Notes: generated by a model not told the origin, from the sequence alone. A stretch of 63,375 nt of DNA, filler included, from Hyphochytrium catenoides (GCA_900088475.1; 6 parts of 6 records of this genome joined end to end with filler, not necessarily neighbours in it); one strand, 5' to 3'. Positions 24,171 to 37,943 are shown, counted from the whole stretch's first letter. Numbers and translations are program-made.

Positions 24171-27100
24171 GAAAACAAGATTGAAGGCTGAAGGGCAGAT
24201 AGAAAGCTACAGGATGNNNNNNNNNNNNNNNNNNNNNNNNNNNNNNNNNNNNNNNNNNNNTTAATTAATTAANNNNNNNNNNNNNNNNNNNNNNNNNNNN
24301 NNNNNNNNNNNNNNNNGTCAAACTGGGATCCGGTCCGATAGACTTGTTGCTCAGGGATGAGATTGAAGAGTGACCACTGATCGCATCCTTCACCAATGCA
24401 CTCGCTCCGACAGAATGATAGGAGCTATGATAGGATCCAGGAGAGGCAAAAGAAGTAACCAAGCGCTTTCGAGGAGGAAGAGAGCTCATCAGTACCATGG
24501 GGCCAACAAGACAGGCTTGTTGTTATGGAGGTTGCTTCTTTGCGTCCGAGAAGAACTGACGGTCCGACCCAAGTATCTTACCAGCATTGACATTAGTTGG
24601 TTAGTTCTAGGCAGTCTTCATCATTGATAGATTATGCACTCTCCTTTCTTTTAGCATAAGGTATGAGGTCGTGACTGGCCGGGGTTGAAATGGAGAGGTG
24701 AGGGTTCCAACAAGGATCACTAGCGATGTGACATGCCATCACTAACATAGTGACTAGCGGCAATCAGACTTTCCTGCTTCCTTCTCTCCGCTTATAGCTA
24801 GGATACCATCTCGTCACCACCAGCTGGGTGAGAAGGATCGACAGGGTATGATGGAAGCGTGGGGTGTCTTCATTGGGAGCTGTCAGGGTTGGTCCACCTG
24901 TTGTACGTCGACATCTATGTGCCTGATGAAAATTCTCGGTTTTATGATGTTCGAGGATTGGCATAGTTCTACGTAGTTCTACGCAGTTTCTAGCTAAAGA
25001 CGTGTCCTTTTTTCCCCTAGGAGGCTAATGGCGTCTGTAGGTGATCTTTCTCTACTTTTGCCGCACAGACTAAAAGGAATAAGTGGCTCCCTCACCACCT
25101 TAGAAAGTTTTGACATGAGCCGTAGCACTCACTTTCTTGAAGGGCAAAGCTGCTGCGCTGACTAAGAAACGTGATAGCTTAAGCTTCAACTGTGGAACTA
25201 CCCACCTCCACAATAGGGTGATCTAGCCTTTTCTCTAGTGCGTAGAGCAGCAGGTTGTCATCACAGGGAGATCCACGAAACTTTTCAAATATGGATCGTC
25301 GAGTGCTTTTGGACGTCCAAGTGCCAAGGTTCGAGGCTATCAACCCAAAAAGCTTATTGCTCCCTTGCTACAGGCAGATTGGGTGGGCGTCTCTTAGATG
25401 GCTCTAAGTCTAGGAACGTTGTACTATATCGTCCTCTGTAGGCAGCAATTGAGCAAAGAGGGACTCATCAAGGCAGACGCAACGAGCAACAGTAGGTCTA
25501 AGAATGACCTAGAACTATCTGTTGCCTTGACACTCTCCTTTCTCCACGACTAGACGGTGTGGCGTTCTAACACTAATTCAAAACAGTACCAGCAGCCTTG
25601 GTTGATCAACACTACCGTTTTGCATGTGCCATCCAAGTGTGCCCATTGCTGCCATGATGAACCAGTGATCGGTAGACCCAAACGAAAGAGAACCAGAATG
25701 GCCATCTAATGAGTAGAACTATCAGTGGCTCTCAAGGGCTTGGCTTCTGACTCGAACGTTTGATGTGGGATAGAACTAGTAAGACGGTCAGGCGACAAAG
25801 CAACTCTGTCTCTTGTGCATCAGAACTGCCCTGCTTCTTCATCATCGAATCTTAGTCTGGCTAACAAAGATGCCCTACTGGTCGGTTCGAGTTTGGCCCA
25901 TAAACCTAATAAACCATCTTCGTGGGGTGAGGAGCTTGAGGTTGTTCTCGCCTCCACTACATCTCGGCTCTTCCACAGTATTACTATTAGCAGCCTGCAT
26001 GATGAGGATCTTGAAGCCTCCACGCTGTGCTCTTCCTTGTCTTTGCTACCGGTCTGACCTGACACTAGCTAGGCTAAGCCGTTGTATAAATCAATGGAAA
26101 GGTTGGACCCGACCCTCTGCGATGTTGATGAGCTATCTCCCCAGGAGAGGGCTGAGATCGGAGAGCGTCTCGCACCATGCACTGTTCTATGGCCTTCCTT
26201 TCGATCCCTCTAAACTTGTCTATATTTCTTCCTTTCCCTAGGGGATAATGAGGTAAAGATGGGCTACAAACTCGATGTGTATCTTGGTCTTGCTAGTAGT
26301 TCTTCAGATAGTGGTGTCTGCAGTTGCAGTCGTCTTTCTCTTCCATTCTGTGGCCGGAAGTTTGCTCCATCCACTAATAAAGGATCTCGAGAAGGCCGCT
26401 CCATATGCAATGAGTAATGTTTTTACGCATTGATAGATCCTCGATGAGGAGCCCGAGGATTGGCCAAGCCAACAAAAAGACGGAGGTTAGAGAAAGGCAG
26501 AGGATCACGACGGCTAGTTTTACCTCGATGTACCAGCTTTGGCTATTCTGTAGCAATGATCAATGCAATGACCTAACATCGTAGAAGAACGAACATAGAA
26601 TGGGACTTGAAGTCCAGCAACCAACGGAGAGATCCTTTTTCACTTAGCGCAAAAATAGCCCCTTAGAGATGGATTGAAAGGCGGTGAGGTCATTGAAGGC
26701 CTTCTCGAAATGGGAGATCAAGAAGAACTTTCAGCCCTTCTAAGCTTCGTCACAGTCTGGATGGAGTCAGGGTTAGGGTTAGATTACACGACGTTCTGCT
26801 CTCTTGAGCTTCAAACGCCCACAGCGCCGTGACAGGCTAAAGCAAACCCTGCCCAGTGCCACGAGCATGCTTTCCTCCGTTATAGGAGGTGGTGAAAAGC
26901 ATGTCTTCATCTCCATGCTGCCCTACGGGGATTCAATTGGTGAAGGAAGCAAGAAACTGCATCATGGGAGCATTTTGACTATAAGTATCCCAAGGACGTA
27001 CACGTTCAACAGATCTTTCGTGGTAGCGGTAATCGTTGCCATTCTAGCTATGTCATCAATCTCCACTTATTATCAAGAGATTAAGTTGCAGCGGCACTAT

Positions 27101-27821
27101 GGTCCTCGAGGGTAGCGTCTTCAACAGCAGGATGACCTGCCTCGTAATAATGGGTCGTCTTCATCAGTTCAATTGTTGTCCGGGAGCAGTTGATTGAGTC
27201 CACCACCACGAGAACATGTTAGGGATGGACCTACAACCTCGTCGCCATTTGCCTCAACCTTCATCATGCAGTGCCATGGGAAGGCATGTCTCTCTGTTCC
27301 GATCCCTTTTCTATATGTGCCTGCTATTTGTGACAAACTCAATCTATAAAGCTCATTGAGGAAGGGGAATAGTCTTCGTATCGTCAATCGCCTAAGATGA
27401 CAACGATGCACCTTGTCCTGCTGAGAGTGACCGCAAGAGATAGCCCAACACCCTCTCCTTGATGGGTCAGCGTCAGAGGGACAACAGAGCCTCCTGCGAT
27501 AAATATTCTAGGCACAAGTGCTATCAAGGACTCTAACAAAAGCAAAGCATTGCCATGGCACACTCCAAGGCACACTTTAAGAGACAAGGCTGTGGATAGG
27601 TCATCCAGAGAGACAGAGAACATAAGCAGGATCAGCTGTTTCATTGACAATCATCAACTTCATTATCATTTTGAAAAACCTAATCGGAGGCTAGCAGCTA
27701 GTGTCACCGCTATAGACTCTCCTTACAATATCACCAGCAGACAGTGTCACATCAAACGGAGAGAACAGTCGGTAGGAGCAATGGCGCCCCATGAAAAACA
27801 TGCTAAGAGAACGTGATCGGT

Positions 27822-29087
27822 TTAGGGGCAGCGGACGGAGTTGTTAGGGTCAAAGCCTGCCTTCTTGGCTGCAGCGCACACATTAAGGAGCCCATATCCG
27901 TAGCTATTATCACGACCAGGAGCACCAAGGTCTCCTGCAGTAGATAGTAGCGCATCACGGACGTTAGCATTCGTCCATCCTTTCTTCAAGCCATAGCTCC
28001 ACACAACGGCAGCGCCACCGCTGACGTGCGGGGTGGCCATAGAGGTACCAGATAGTTCGCTGTAGCCGTTGTTAAGGTAGGTGCTGTACACGCGAACCCC
28101 TGGGGCAGAGATATCCACCTGGCTGTTCTTTTGAGAGAAGGAAGCGACCTTCTTGTTGGAGTCGACAGCAGCAACAGACACAACGCTGGGGTAGGAGGCA
28201 GGGTAGGACATCGAGGTGCCACCCGAGTTGCCAGCAGCAGCAATGCTGAGCACTCCAGAGTCAAACAAGCGTTGGAAGCCTGTCTGCTCTGCAGAAGAAG
28301 ATTGAGGTCCACCCAGGCTCATGCTAATGATAAGCTTGGCAGATCCAGCCGCTCTTTTGCACAGATCGGTGGCAGCAAGGAGGTCAGAGGAAAAGCTCCA
28401 CCCGCAACTGGCGCCGTTGAAGACCTTTACGCTGTACACTGAGATTCCTGGGGCTACACCGAAGCCTCCAAAGCCTGCCACAGTGCCTGTTACATGGGTT
28501 CCGTGGCCGCATGTGTCAGGAGAGAAGCCTGAGCTGCCACTGAGGGGAACTCCAGCGAGCCCTGGGTGGCTCTTGCTGGCCCCAGAGTCAATAATGCACA
28601 CCAAGAGGTCCTGGCCAGAAGTTCCGCCAGCCAGAGGCGTCACATCTGCACCAACTAGGCGGACTCCGTACGTAGGGGCGGCGGCAACTTCAGCCAGACC
28701 ACGAAGGTAGCCCGTCACGTCTTCCATAGGGGAAAGTGACATTCTTAGCACATCCTTCTCGATGTGGGAGATCTTAGGATGGCCAGCAATCTTGTCGAGC
28801 ACGCGAAGGTTCTTGATGTTAATGGCCCTACCCTTGATGGATGGCAGAGAGTGAACAGGGGTGATGTCATCATCATCATCGAACAGCTTACTGATGTCAT
28901 CAGAGTCGAAAAAGCCGTCCTTAGGGTAGACGATGTAACGAGTTGGAGCAGAGGCAGCAATCTCAGCCTCTGAGGCAGTGGAGAAACTGGCGGCAATGTC
29001 AATCTCTCCAGCCAGAGCTAGAGGTGCAAAGAATAGAGAGACAGAGGAAGCAAGAGACAGAAGGGTGGCGAAGGTGTTGATCTTCAT
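27822..29087 (-). CDS. Secreted subtilisin-like serine protease (S8A), intronless, 421 aa
   Basis: Signal peptide, I9-like propeptide, catalytic D (IIDSG), H (GHGTHVTG), oxyanion N (AAAGN), S (GTSMATPHVSG), YGYGLLN. Confidence 0.95.
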   Translation of the reverse strand: MKINTFATLLSLASSVSLFFAPLALAGEIDIAASFSTASEAEIAASAPTRYIVYPKDGFFDSDDISKLFDDDDDITPVHSLPSIKGRAINIKNLRVLDKIAGHPKISHIEKDVLRMSLSPMEDVTGYLRGLAEVAAAPTYGVRLVGADVTPLAGGTSGQDLLVCIIDSGASKSHPGLAGVPLSGSSGFSPDTCGHGTHVTGTVAGFGGFGVAPGISVYSVKVFNGASCGWSFSSDLLAATDLCKRAAGSAKLIISMSLGGPQSSSAEQTGFQRLFDSGVLSIAAAGNSGGTSMSYPASYPSVVSVAAVDSNKKVASFSQKNSQVDISAPGVRVYSTYLNNGYSELSGTSMATPHVSGGAAVVWSYGLKKGWTNANVRDALLSTAGDLGAPGRDNSYGYGLLNVCAAAKKAGFDPNNSVRCP

Positions 29088-30613
29088 GTTTCCTTCTTCA
29101 GTTGTTGTGGTTGGGCGAGAGCGACCTTGTTTCTCGGGGCTGGCTGAGCTACTTGTTTGGACTTGGGCTTGCCTTGGGCTGGAAAGTTGTTGAATGAACT
29201 GAAGTTCGAGGGTGCTTGCTCGTCAGTCATCGATTGGCATTCTTGATCTCCCATTCTTTCTCTTTCCTTTGTTCTTCCCTTTAATCCACCTATCTTATCT
29301 TCGTCCGTTCGCTTTCACTCAAGCTCTTCGCACAATGCTGGGCAAGGCGAAAAGGCAGGACCGCGGGCTGTATGGGATCGCATAAAGAACACGCATCCGC
29401 TCCACGGCTTTAAGTTGCAAGGGGCAATGCAGAAGAAGAGGGAAGGGCAGAACAACGATAAAGCAAGAGACAAAAGAAAGTGGGAGGAAGATAGAACTAT
29501 TCCATCGTAACGATGAAGCCTCTCTTGGGCTATTGTGGCAGAACTTTTCTTCTCCCGCCTCAGTCCAAAGCTCTGAGAGTTTTATTCACCCGCCGTGAAG
29601 ATCCATGCGGGCTAGGATCTTTTGCTGCTATCGAGCACCCTTCGGCTTTGGAACAATATGGAAGAGAGCGGATGATAGCAGAAGATGGCGACAGACAGAG
29701 AGAGATGGAAGGAGAGACAGCAGGAATAAACCTGAGCGCGATCTAGAACTTGTGGACGGACTTTCCAATTTGGAATCGGCGCTAGTCAGGCGCCAGACTA
29801 TGCTTAGGAGACACAATGAAGAGTTTCTTGAAGAATGGGAAGGGCTGAGACATAGTAGTAAGATCTTATCATGGGCTTCACTTCTCCGTTCTGTTTCCCC
29901 TACACTGTGTGGGTCCTGCTATAGCTGCTCCGCATGCCATGTCACACTTTGCCTTCACTCTTTGTCTTGCCTCTTGAGCCATGCAGTCACCAACTAGCGA
30001 CATCCGTCTTCCCTGCTCCTCCATGCCATGAAGAGATGACACAGGACACCAGCTGGGTTTCGCTGGTCAGTGAATAACAGGACCACACTTTATCCGCTTC
30101 CCGCCATGTGGCAAGGATGGATTGTTACAGAGCGAAAGACGGACCATGAAGATTGACGCCACAGGGGCAGACAGAAGAGAAAGAGGAAGGAAGAGACAGT
30201 AGAACTATAGGATTTGTCAGTGGGTTGCGTGGACACTTCATCCGACGACGGCTGAGGAACAGAGACCTTTTGTCCTCCCAACAATGTGGCGGTTGCTTCC
30301 TTTTGGCTGGGTCGCCACCCCAAGCCTCCGTAGCCCTTGAACATCTCATCAGACTTCCCTTTGTGCCGTGATATAAACTAAAAATCTTCCTTCTACTCGT
30401 AAAAGACGCACTTCTCTTTCTCTTTCTCTCTTCCTATCCTGTCCTCTCTCACTCTGCTGTTTACTCTGTCCCTCTTTCTTCGTGCACTCTCTCTCTCTCT
30501 CGCTCTCTCTCTCNNNNNNNNNNNNNNNNNNNNNNNNNNNNNNNNNNNNNNNNNNNNTTAATTAATTAANNNNNNNNNNNNNNNNNNNNNNNNNNNNNNN
30601 NNNNNNNNNNNNN

Positions 30614-31859
30614 GAGAGAGAGAGATGGAGACAAAGGGTGCTATAGAGGAAGCTAAACACGTTACGATGCAGGAAGAAGAAAGAGAGTCAGCGTAAGAAT
30701 TAAGACAGAAAGAGCAAAGCAGAACCTGAGAACAAGAGTGAGGAGGCTAGGACGAGACATCTACCGCTGTTGGATGCCAGACCAGCACCCACAGTCAGCA
30801 AAAAGCGAGGATGAGAGTGAGAGAGACAGACAAAGAGAGAGCGAGAGAAACAGACACAGCACGAACCTCTGGGAGGTCCAGCGACTCCTGGTCCTGTCGA
30901 TGGTGGTGGCGGTCCGAGAGACCCAGAAGCAGGAGGCGGAGCCCCGTATCCAGAGGGAGGAGGAGGGGCTCCATATCCTGAGGGTGGACCAGGAGGACCT
31001 CCAAAGCCTCCTGGCGGAGCTCCTACAAGCGCAGAGAGGCAGAGAGAAGGAGATTAAGATTAGCCGAAGATTACGACGAGAGCTAAAGGAGAGAGAGAGA
31101 GAAGAGAGAGATTTGCAGGGTCAACGCAACGCCGAAAGCGGAGGTAGCAGAGAGGGAGATGATTTAGAGATAGAGGATTGGGATATGGGAAGGGCTAGTA
31201 AGAGAAACACGTGAAGAGGAGTGATCTGGGACCCTCATGGAGAAGAGAGAGGAGGAGGAAGGAAGAGAGGGCAAAAGGACTAGGAGATGGAGAACCCATG
31301 GGATGCATGAATGCCAGCGAGAGAGAAAGAGTAAAGGAGAGAGAGAGAGAGAGAGAGGGGGGGAGGGGGAGAAAGAGGGAGAGAACGAGGTACATTCACA
31401 TATATATATATATATAAAGAGAGAGAGAAAGAGAGGCTCGAGCGACAACAGTGACAAAGAGTAGCGAACAGGCAAGAGACATGAAATGGAGACCAAAAGA
31501 AAGCACTATCGTTCGACTATGACGGCCCTTAACCCGGACCAAAAGAGAGGAAGAGACAACAGGAGAGACAGGAAAAGTCCCTTACCAAATCCTGGCCGAG
31601 GCGGGCCAGCACCTGCTGACGCGGGGGGCGGAGGGCCGGGCGGCCCTGTCATGGGTCCGCTGCCTTGCCTCTGTAGCCCTACTGGCGGTCCATAGCCCGG
31701 CGCTGCTGGAAAAGAAGGCCGAGGCTGCTGGCCAGGGGCGGCATAGCCGGCACCAGGCGCGCCATAAGTCGAGGAAGGCGGTGGCGGCGCGCCTTGGCCC
31801 GGTGGACCACCTCTGGCCGGGTTAAAGGTCCCCGAGAAGGAGCGAGGCGGCTGGTTCAT
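30614..31859 (-). CDS. Pro/Gly-rich N-terminal fragment of a multi-exon gene, 3'-truncated at the linker; family not assignable
   Basis: MNQPPRSF...PPRPGF followed by GTAAG donor; next exon APPGGFGGPPGPPSGYGAPPPPSGYGAPPP; CT-rich introns on the minus strand. Confidence 0.6.
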
Positions 31860-31895
31860 CGCCCCTTCCTTCCCTCAGTTGAACAGTCTTGGTTC

Positions 31896-31926
<31 letters not shown>

Positions 31927-32199
31927 GAGCAGCTGCACTGGCTCCAATCCCGCAGAATCTGCAGGTGACAACGTTTCCTCCTTTTTTGTCCTTTGCGCGA
32001 GCACTGCGCGAGTCAGGAGTCAGGAGAGCAGGGAAGTGCAGATGCTTTTGCTGCAGATAAGCCGGAGATGTGGAGCATCATTGGAATTTATTGCCCAGAG
32101 CACGAGGGAGAAGAGACGGGCGACAAATGTAGAAAAAGAAAGGAGAAAAAGAGCTCAGGCCGAAGAAGAGAGAGGCAAGGAGAAAGATGAGAGAGGGAC

Positions 32200-32219
32200 A
32201 GAGACGGAGAGAGAGCAAA

Positions 32220-32252
<33 letters not shown>

Positions 32253-32289
32253 GAGAAAAAGAGAGAAATAGAGAGAGAGAGGCAGAGAA

Positions 32290-32349
<60 letters not shown>

Positions 32350-32350
32350 G
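32200..32350. repeat. (GA)n/(CT)n microsatellite, one of many (e.g. 1975-2145, 37660-37740, 40640-41000, 47665-47830, 51600-51750)
   Basis: Directly visible dinucleotide runs. Confidence 0.95.
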
Positions 32351-33016
32351 GGATCTAGCCCAGTTTGAGCTGTGAGTCACGCGGCTATGGATGGATCCAT
32401 AATATAGGGACAGGGCTATTATTTTTACTCTAGCGATATCTACCTCTTAACCTACTTGAGACGGCTAGGCTCGACGTAGTAATACCTTGTTCATTATTCA
32501 AAACAGAAATGACGTCTATTCATAACAAAAGGCTATTCATTAGGAATAGATATGGATTGAGCGATTGAGCTAAAGGCCAAAGGAGCCACAAAAAAGATCG
32601 TCATCGCGGCTCTAAATCTCTTTTTGGAGCTCAATCAGGATGATTATTCAGAGATCTGAAGATCTGGAGATTTGAAGCTCGTGATCTTCATCCTTCCTTT
32701 TTCATTATCATTAAGAGGAGACGATCGGTTGGTTGGATGCCAAGATGCTGGATTGAGAAGACTAGAGAGCGGAAGACGAGAGATGAAAAGCACAACGACT
32801 ATTTGCCAAGTCAGTCATCCATAAGTCATAACAACAGGGATGGTGAGTGGATCTCTTTCGTCGCGGAGAAGGAACTTCTGAAGATGCACCAGAATAATAA
32901 AGGTCCCTGCGTGGTACTGTTATGCTATTACTAGGGCTTATAACAACCTGATAATATGTGTTTAGCCTATCCTACATCCCTCATGATTGCTACTGAAGAC
33001 AAGAAGATAACCTTTG

Positions 33017-34361
33017 CTAGTCAACCTTAATTGAACCATAGATCTTTCGGTTGAAAAACAAGCAGGCAGAGTATCCGACCAAGCCACAAACGAGGAAGAT
33101 GGCATAGGAGATGATAAACATGTACCCGAAGAACATCATAGCGCCAGCCACTTCGTCCAGTCGCAGGCGCGTGAAGTAGTAGTACGCAGAGTAGAGAAAG
33201 ACGAAGATACCGCAAGAGCCAGATGTGATGAATGACCTCCACCACCTGTAAATGAGAGAGGGAAAAAAGGAGAGAGAGAGAGAAAAAAAGAAAGAGAGAG
33301 AGAGAGAGAGAGAGAAGGAGTGGTGTCCAGGTGAGAGGAAGAGCCAACCTTCCGAACAGAACGTAGAAAATAAGCGAGGACTATCGAACTCTTTCCAGGG
33401 AGAAGGTGACGACAGGAGAGCCGATCACAGAGCTCAAATAGGGAGAAGAGAGAGAGAAAGAGAGAGAGAAAGAGAAGGAGAGAGAAAGTTTTTCTCTCCG
33501 ACAACGTGTCCAAAAATAGAGCATAGTCTCCAATGTCCTTACCAGTGATAGTCCTCCGCACAGAGCTGGAAATAGATGAGCACGACGGTGATCTCCGCGC
33601 AGGTGACGAGAAGGATGAGAAAGACGAGCAGCAGGAAGCCAAAGAGCGTATAATACTGGTCCAGCCAGAGCGAGGAGAGGATGAAGAAGAGCTCTACAAA
33701 GACAGCGCCGAAGGGCAGCATGCCTCCCACAAAGCCCATAACGAGGTTGTTCATATACCACGGCTGAGGAGGAACTGGCCGAGGGATATTGCTTGTTGCG
33801 ACGGGAGCGCTCGCTGGCGGCTGTCTGTTCACATGAGAAAGGAAAGAGGCAAGCGGTGTCAATAGATATATATCAAGACAGCTCTGGGCAATGGAGAGAG
33901 AGAGATAGAGAGAAGTTAGAGATAAATAGATGAAAGATAGAAGAATGCGCAGAAGCCCGTAAGGACTGTGACCAGCAAGTGGGCGATAACCGAGCGATGC
34001 CTCCCACATATATTCAAGCAAGAACACAGCAGGGAAGCGCCGGCGCCAATGTGCATGCAGTATTGCTTTGCCACTGGTCGCCTAGACTCTAACCCTAAGC
34101 CTGTCCTCATCAACACAGGGCAGAGGGGCGGAAATGCCAACAACCCGACCAGCTGACGAAAGGCTACCTATCAAGAGCACGGAACCATCTTGCTCCCTCA
34201 AAGGAGAGACTTGAAGAAAAGGACAGCATAATAATATGACAAGAGGCACCAGGGAAGATTCGCTCACACTTGCAAACTCAACGTCCACAGTGCGAAGCAT
34301 ACGTAAAGGAAAAGCTTCAAGGCCTGGGAGAGGACTTCACGAAAAAGAAGGACTTCTCATA

Positions 34362-34396
<35 letters not shown>

Positions 34397-36976
34397 AAAA
34401 AGAGAGAGAGAAGCGTTACTCACTTATACCCGTACCAAGCGCCTGCGAAGACGAGTGGAATGGAGATACCGAACCAGAGAACCAGCACCGCAAACATGGA
34501 GCCAAAGGGAACCGCGGCGGAGGATCCTTGCGCCCACAAGATGAGGTTCAAGATAAAGAAGATGCCGAAAGTAGTGCCAGGGAAGAGGAAGGCGGTGTAC
34601 AGTGTGCACTTCTGCCACTGCTTTCCCTTGAACATCTTATACGTCTGCGCAGAGTAGTAGCCCGCGCTGGCGCCCATAAGGACGTAGCAGAGGAGTAGCG
34701 CCACCATAAGAGCCCCACGATTGGCTGGAGAGAGAAGGCCGACACAGGCAACGAAGAGGGTGACAATGGTCATACCCAACAGCTGCAATAGGAGGGAGAC
34801 GAGCCGTCAGTGTTCTTCTTCTCGTTCTTGTCTTTGTCTTATCTCCATCTCCAGTCTTTTCTACGTCGTCCTAACCCCCGAAGAGGTAGAGCAGCATTTG
34901 AGTGGGAAAGAGACAGTACTGACCTGGCTACCGGTCCCGATGCAGACACAGAGGAGCATTGGGTTCTTCACTGGCGGGCGGAAGACATCAGCATGCACGA
35001 GCTTCCATCCGCTCTCCTCCTTCTCCTCTGCTCTCTCTTCCTCTGTCGGAACGCGGTTGTACCTCGTGATGTCTCTCCTCAGAGTGCGCATCATGATAAC
35101 TCCCACCATACCAGCCAGGAAGAAGACAATGAGAAGCGAGTTCAGGATAGAGAACCAGTGGACCTACGGAGCGAGGCCCGGAGGAGTGAGAGAGAAAACG
35201 TTCAGACGAAAGAGACAGGGAGCGTCATCCCACAGACTCAGAGGACAGCCGCACCCTGGCACACTCGGCCACACACGCTATCTTCTTGTCTGACTTTTAT
35301 CGATCTGAAGGCGGTGCTCTCTTTACCTGATCACTTCCTCCTGGAGCAGCGACGTAGGCGTCCCATCGCTCTGACCAAGTGGTCTTGGTCTCCTGAAAGG
35401 TCACGTCGTAGGTCCAGATCACGTCCAGAGTGTCAGGAACAGATTTTCCAATCTCCTTCAGCGCCAATGGCTCATCGTTACTCGAGATAGGGCAGGTTGT
35501 CAGCTCCGCCTGTGAGCGAATGATAGGCAAATAAGGAGAGAGATGAAGAGAGAGAGAGAGAGAGGAGAGGAGAGAAAGAGGTTAGCTCGACTTCTTACAA
35601 CAATGGATAAAGCGGCAGCCAGAGATAAGAGAAGATGACTCTTAGATAGGTGAGACTGACACTGAGGGAATTGCAGGAAGAAGAAACGCTGCGAGGGCAA
35701 TGAGAGACGCGCAGGCAACCAGAGGGCAACGCCATTCAATGGGCTTGAGTTGGATAAGAAAGACAGAAAGAGTCAGACTTGACACGTAGAGAAAGCTCTG
35801 GCACACCTTTGGCCCGAACTCCCCCTTGTACTTATGCTTGACAGAGTGCGGGCGAGCGGAGACACGGACTATCCTGCCCACATCTGGGTCGCCAGAGAAG
35901 AGGTTATACTCAATCTTGATGGAGACATGATTGTACAGATAGAAGGCGAGGTCCTGCGTCTCCTGCTTGATCTTCCCTACATTATCTGCGTACATCTGTG
36001 CAGGAAATAAAAATAAGTGATCTACCTGGCTCGACCACGTCCTTAGGACAAACAGAATGTGAATGGAGAGGAGAGAGAGAGAGACAGCATAGGAAGTAGT
36101 GGCCGCTGGAGGACTACGAGGAGAGACACCACCACCATCACAGGGAGAGGTTGTGACGAACAGGGCTCGGACCTGGCCAACTAAGAAGCCCTTGCTATAG
36201 TCGATAACGTCGGGGTTGGTGTCCCATACAGAGGCGACAGGAAGATTATCCACCAGCCTGTGAGAGGAGAAAGCGATATGAGAAGGAAGGCAACGAGGAA
36301 AGCGATGGCTTAGGGACGGGGATGGAAAGTCTAGAGTCGCTTCACAGCGTGCAGATGAAGAGACGTAACAGCGACACTGGCAACTACACCACGAGCCTCT
36401 TCCTTCCTTTTCTCTCTCTCTCTGACTCTCTGTCTATCTCTCTTCCTCCCGCTTTCCGGCCTGCCCTTACTCACGCTCTCGCTCTCGCCGTCTCTGCCCT
36501 CCCTCCCTCATTGCCGGCTTGCCTTACCAGTTGACGTGGTAGCTCTCCTTCACTAAGTTAACAAACTTCTGGATGTCAGCTTTGTTGTAGCGGCGCGTGC
36601 AGAGGACAGCACAATTGACCGGCTTCATCATAGAGATCTGAGAGCAACAGAGATCAGATGATGTTATTTAGGAGAGAAGAAAAAGAGAGAAGGTACGGCC
36701 TTCAGGAAGAAAGAAAGAAAGACGTAGCCAAGAGAGAGATTCAAAAGGGCACATTGGGGAGAGAGATTCACTGGGCACATTGGGGGGAGAGAGAGGGGAA
36801 GATGGAAATGTAGAAAGAGAGAGACAGAATCTTCGGCTACTAGGAGGTACCTCATAGGGCGAGGATTTGATGGTGTCTCCCAGGAGATACTCTCCGAGGT
36901 TTTCAGGGTCACTCTTGGCCCCGCCTTCTGGCTGTGTGAGGTTCGGCTCAATGACTGGCTACATGTCTCTGGCATC

Positions 36977-37023
<47 letters not shown>

Positions 37024-37252
37024 GTCAGTCTGCCTGCCTGTCCATCACTATCTTTCTCTTTGCTCTGCTTACCTCGCAGAAGGGCAGCTTATAGTACTCA
37101 TAGGGAACATGCGTCTTGATCGAGTTCAGCGTGTTGACCTTCACAACGATTGGGTCCCCTCGTCGATAGTCCCGAGGGGCCACGCCGGGCAAATACGCCG
37201 AGGAAGACGGCAGCAGTGCCAGAAGAACGGCCCAAGGAAGGAGAGAAGTCAT
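33017..37252 (-). CDS. Transmembrane 9 superfamily (EMP70/nonaspanin, TM9SF2/4-like), about 10 exons
   Basis: YLPGVAPRDY, YEYYKLPFC, ENLGEYLLGD, VDNLP, HWFSILNS, GWKLVHADVFRPP, GGMLPFGAVFVEL, EDYHWWWRSF, C-terminal KVD. Confidence 0.97.
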
Positions 37253-37659
37253 GGTCGCCTCTCTTTCTCGTCTGCAGGATTGGGTTTGGCGGGAGAGAAA
37301 GAGAGAGAGACGAAGTCAGGAGTGTGCAGCCAACAACCTGGAAGGTGCTTAAGGGTCTAAACACCCCAATGTCTCAAAAGACGAGGGAACTCAGAGTCGC
37401 CCTCAAACAGCAATTTGAAAAAGGAAAGGATACGTGCCTTCCCGCGAGTTCTCTTCCTGGCTTCACAAGCGGAGAATCTTCACGGTCGTGGTGTCGTGGC
37501 TAGAACAGAAGAGATCGATCTTCTGTGTACGGTGCGGAGTGCGGAGGCGTGCTCAAGAGAAGGGTTCTTGTATCCGCAGATGCGCCGTCTCAATCCAGAG
37601 GTCAAAAAGATTGGGAGCCGACGGCATCTGACAATGGTAATTGTGAGAGCTGTGAGGAC

Positions 37660-37732
<73 letters not shown>

Positions 37733-37943
37733 CAGAGAGCGAAGCATGTGACATGAAGGGGATAGACAAAAGCAGAGATTGAGAGACAGGACGGTAGAAC
37801 TATTTTACTAGGAAACAGAGGGAAGATAGAGAAGAGGGACGCAAGCAAACGGACCACACATCCTCCAGTAGTAATTTTGGGCCAAGATCAATGATAGAAT
37901 AACACTCTATATAGTTTTCAACGTGTCTCGATCAACATGAAAG

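Noticed and set aside
21794-24216. Gypsy element nested in the LINE
   Set aside because: Linkers separate the two, so adjacency is unsupported.
26769-26782. Telomere-like AGGGTTAGGGTTAG
   Set aside because: About two units only; compatible with chance.
29513-30400. Possible plus-strand gene upstream of the subtilisin
   Set aside because: No consistent spliced frame or recognisable motif; at best a decayed fragment.
30614-31859. Calling the Pro-rich fragment Sec24 or annexin
   Set aside because: Only low-complexity sequence is visible; no diagnostic domain before the linker.
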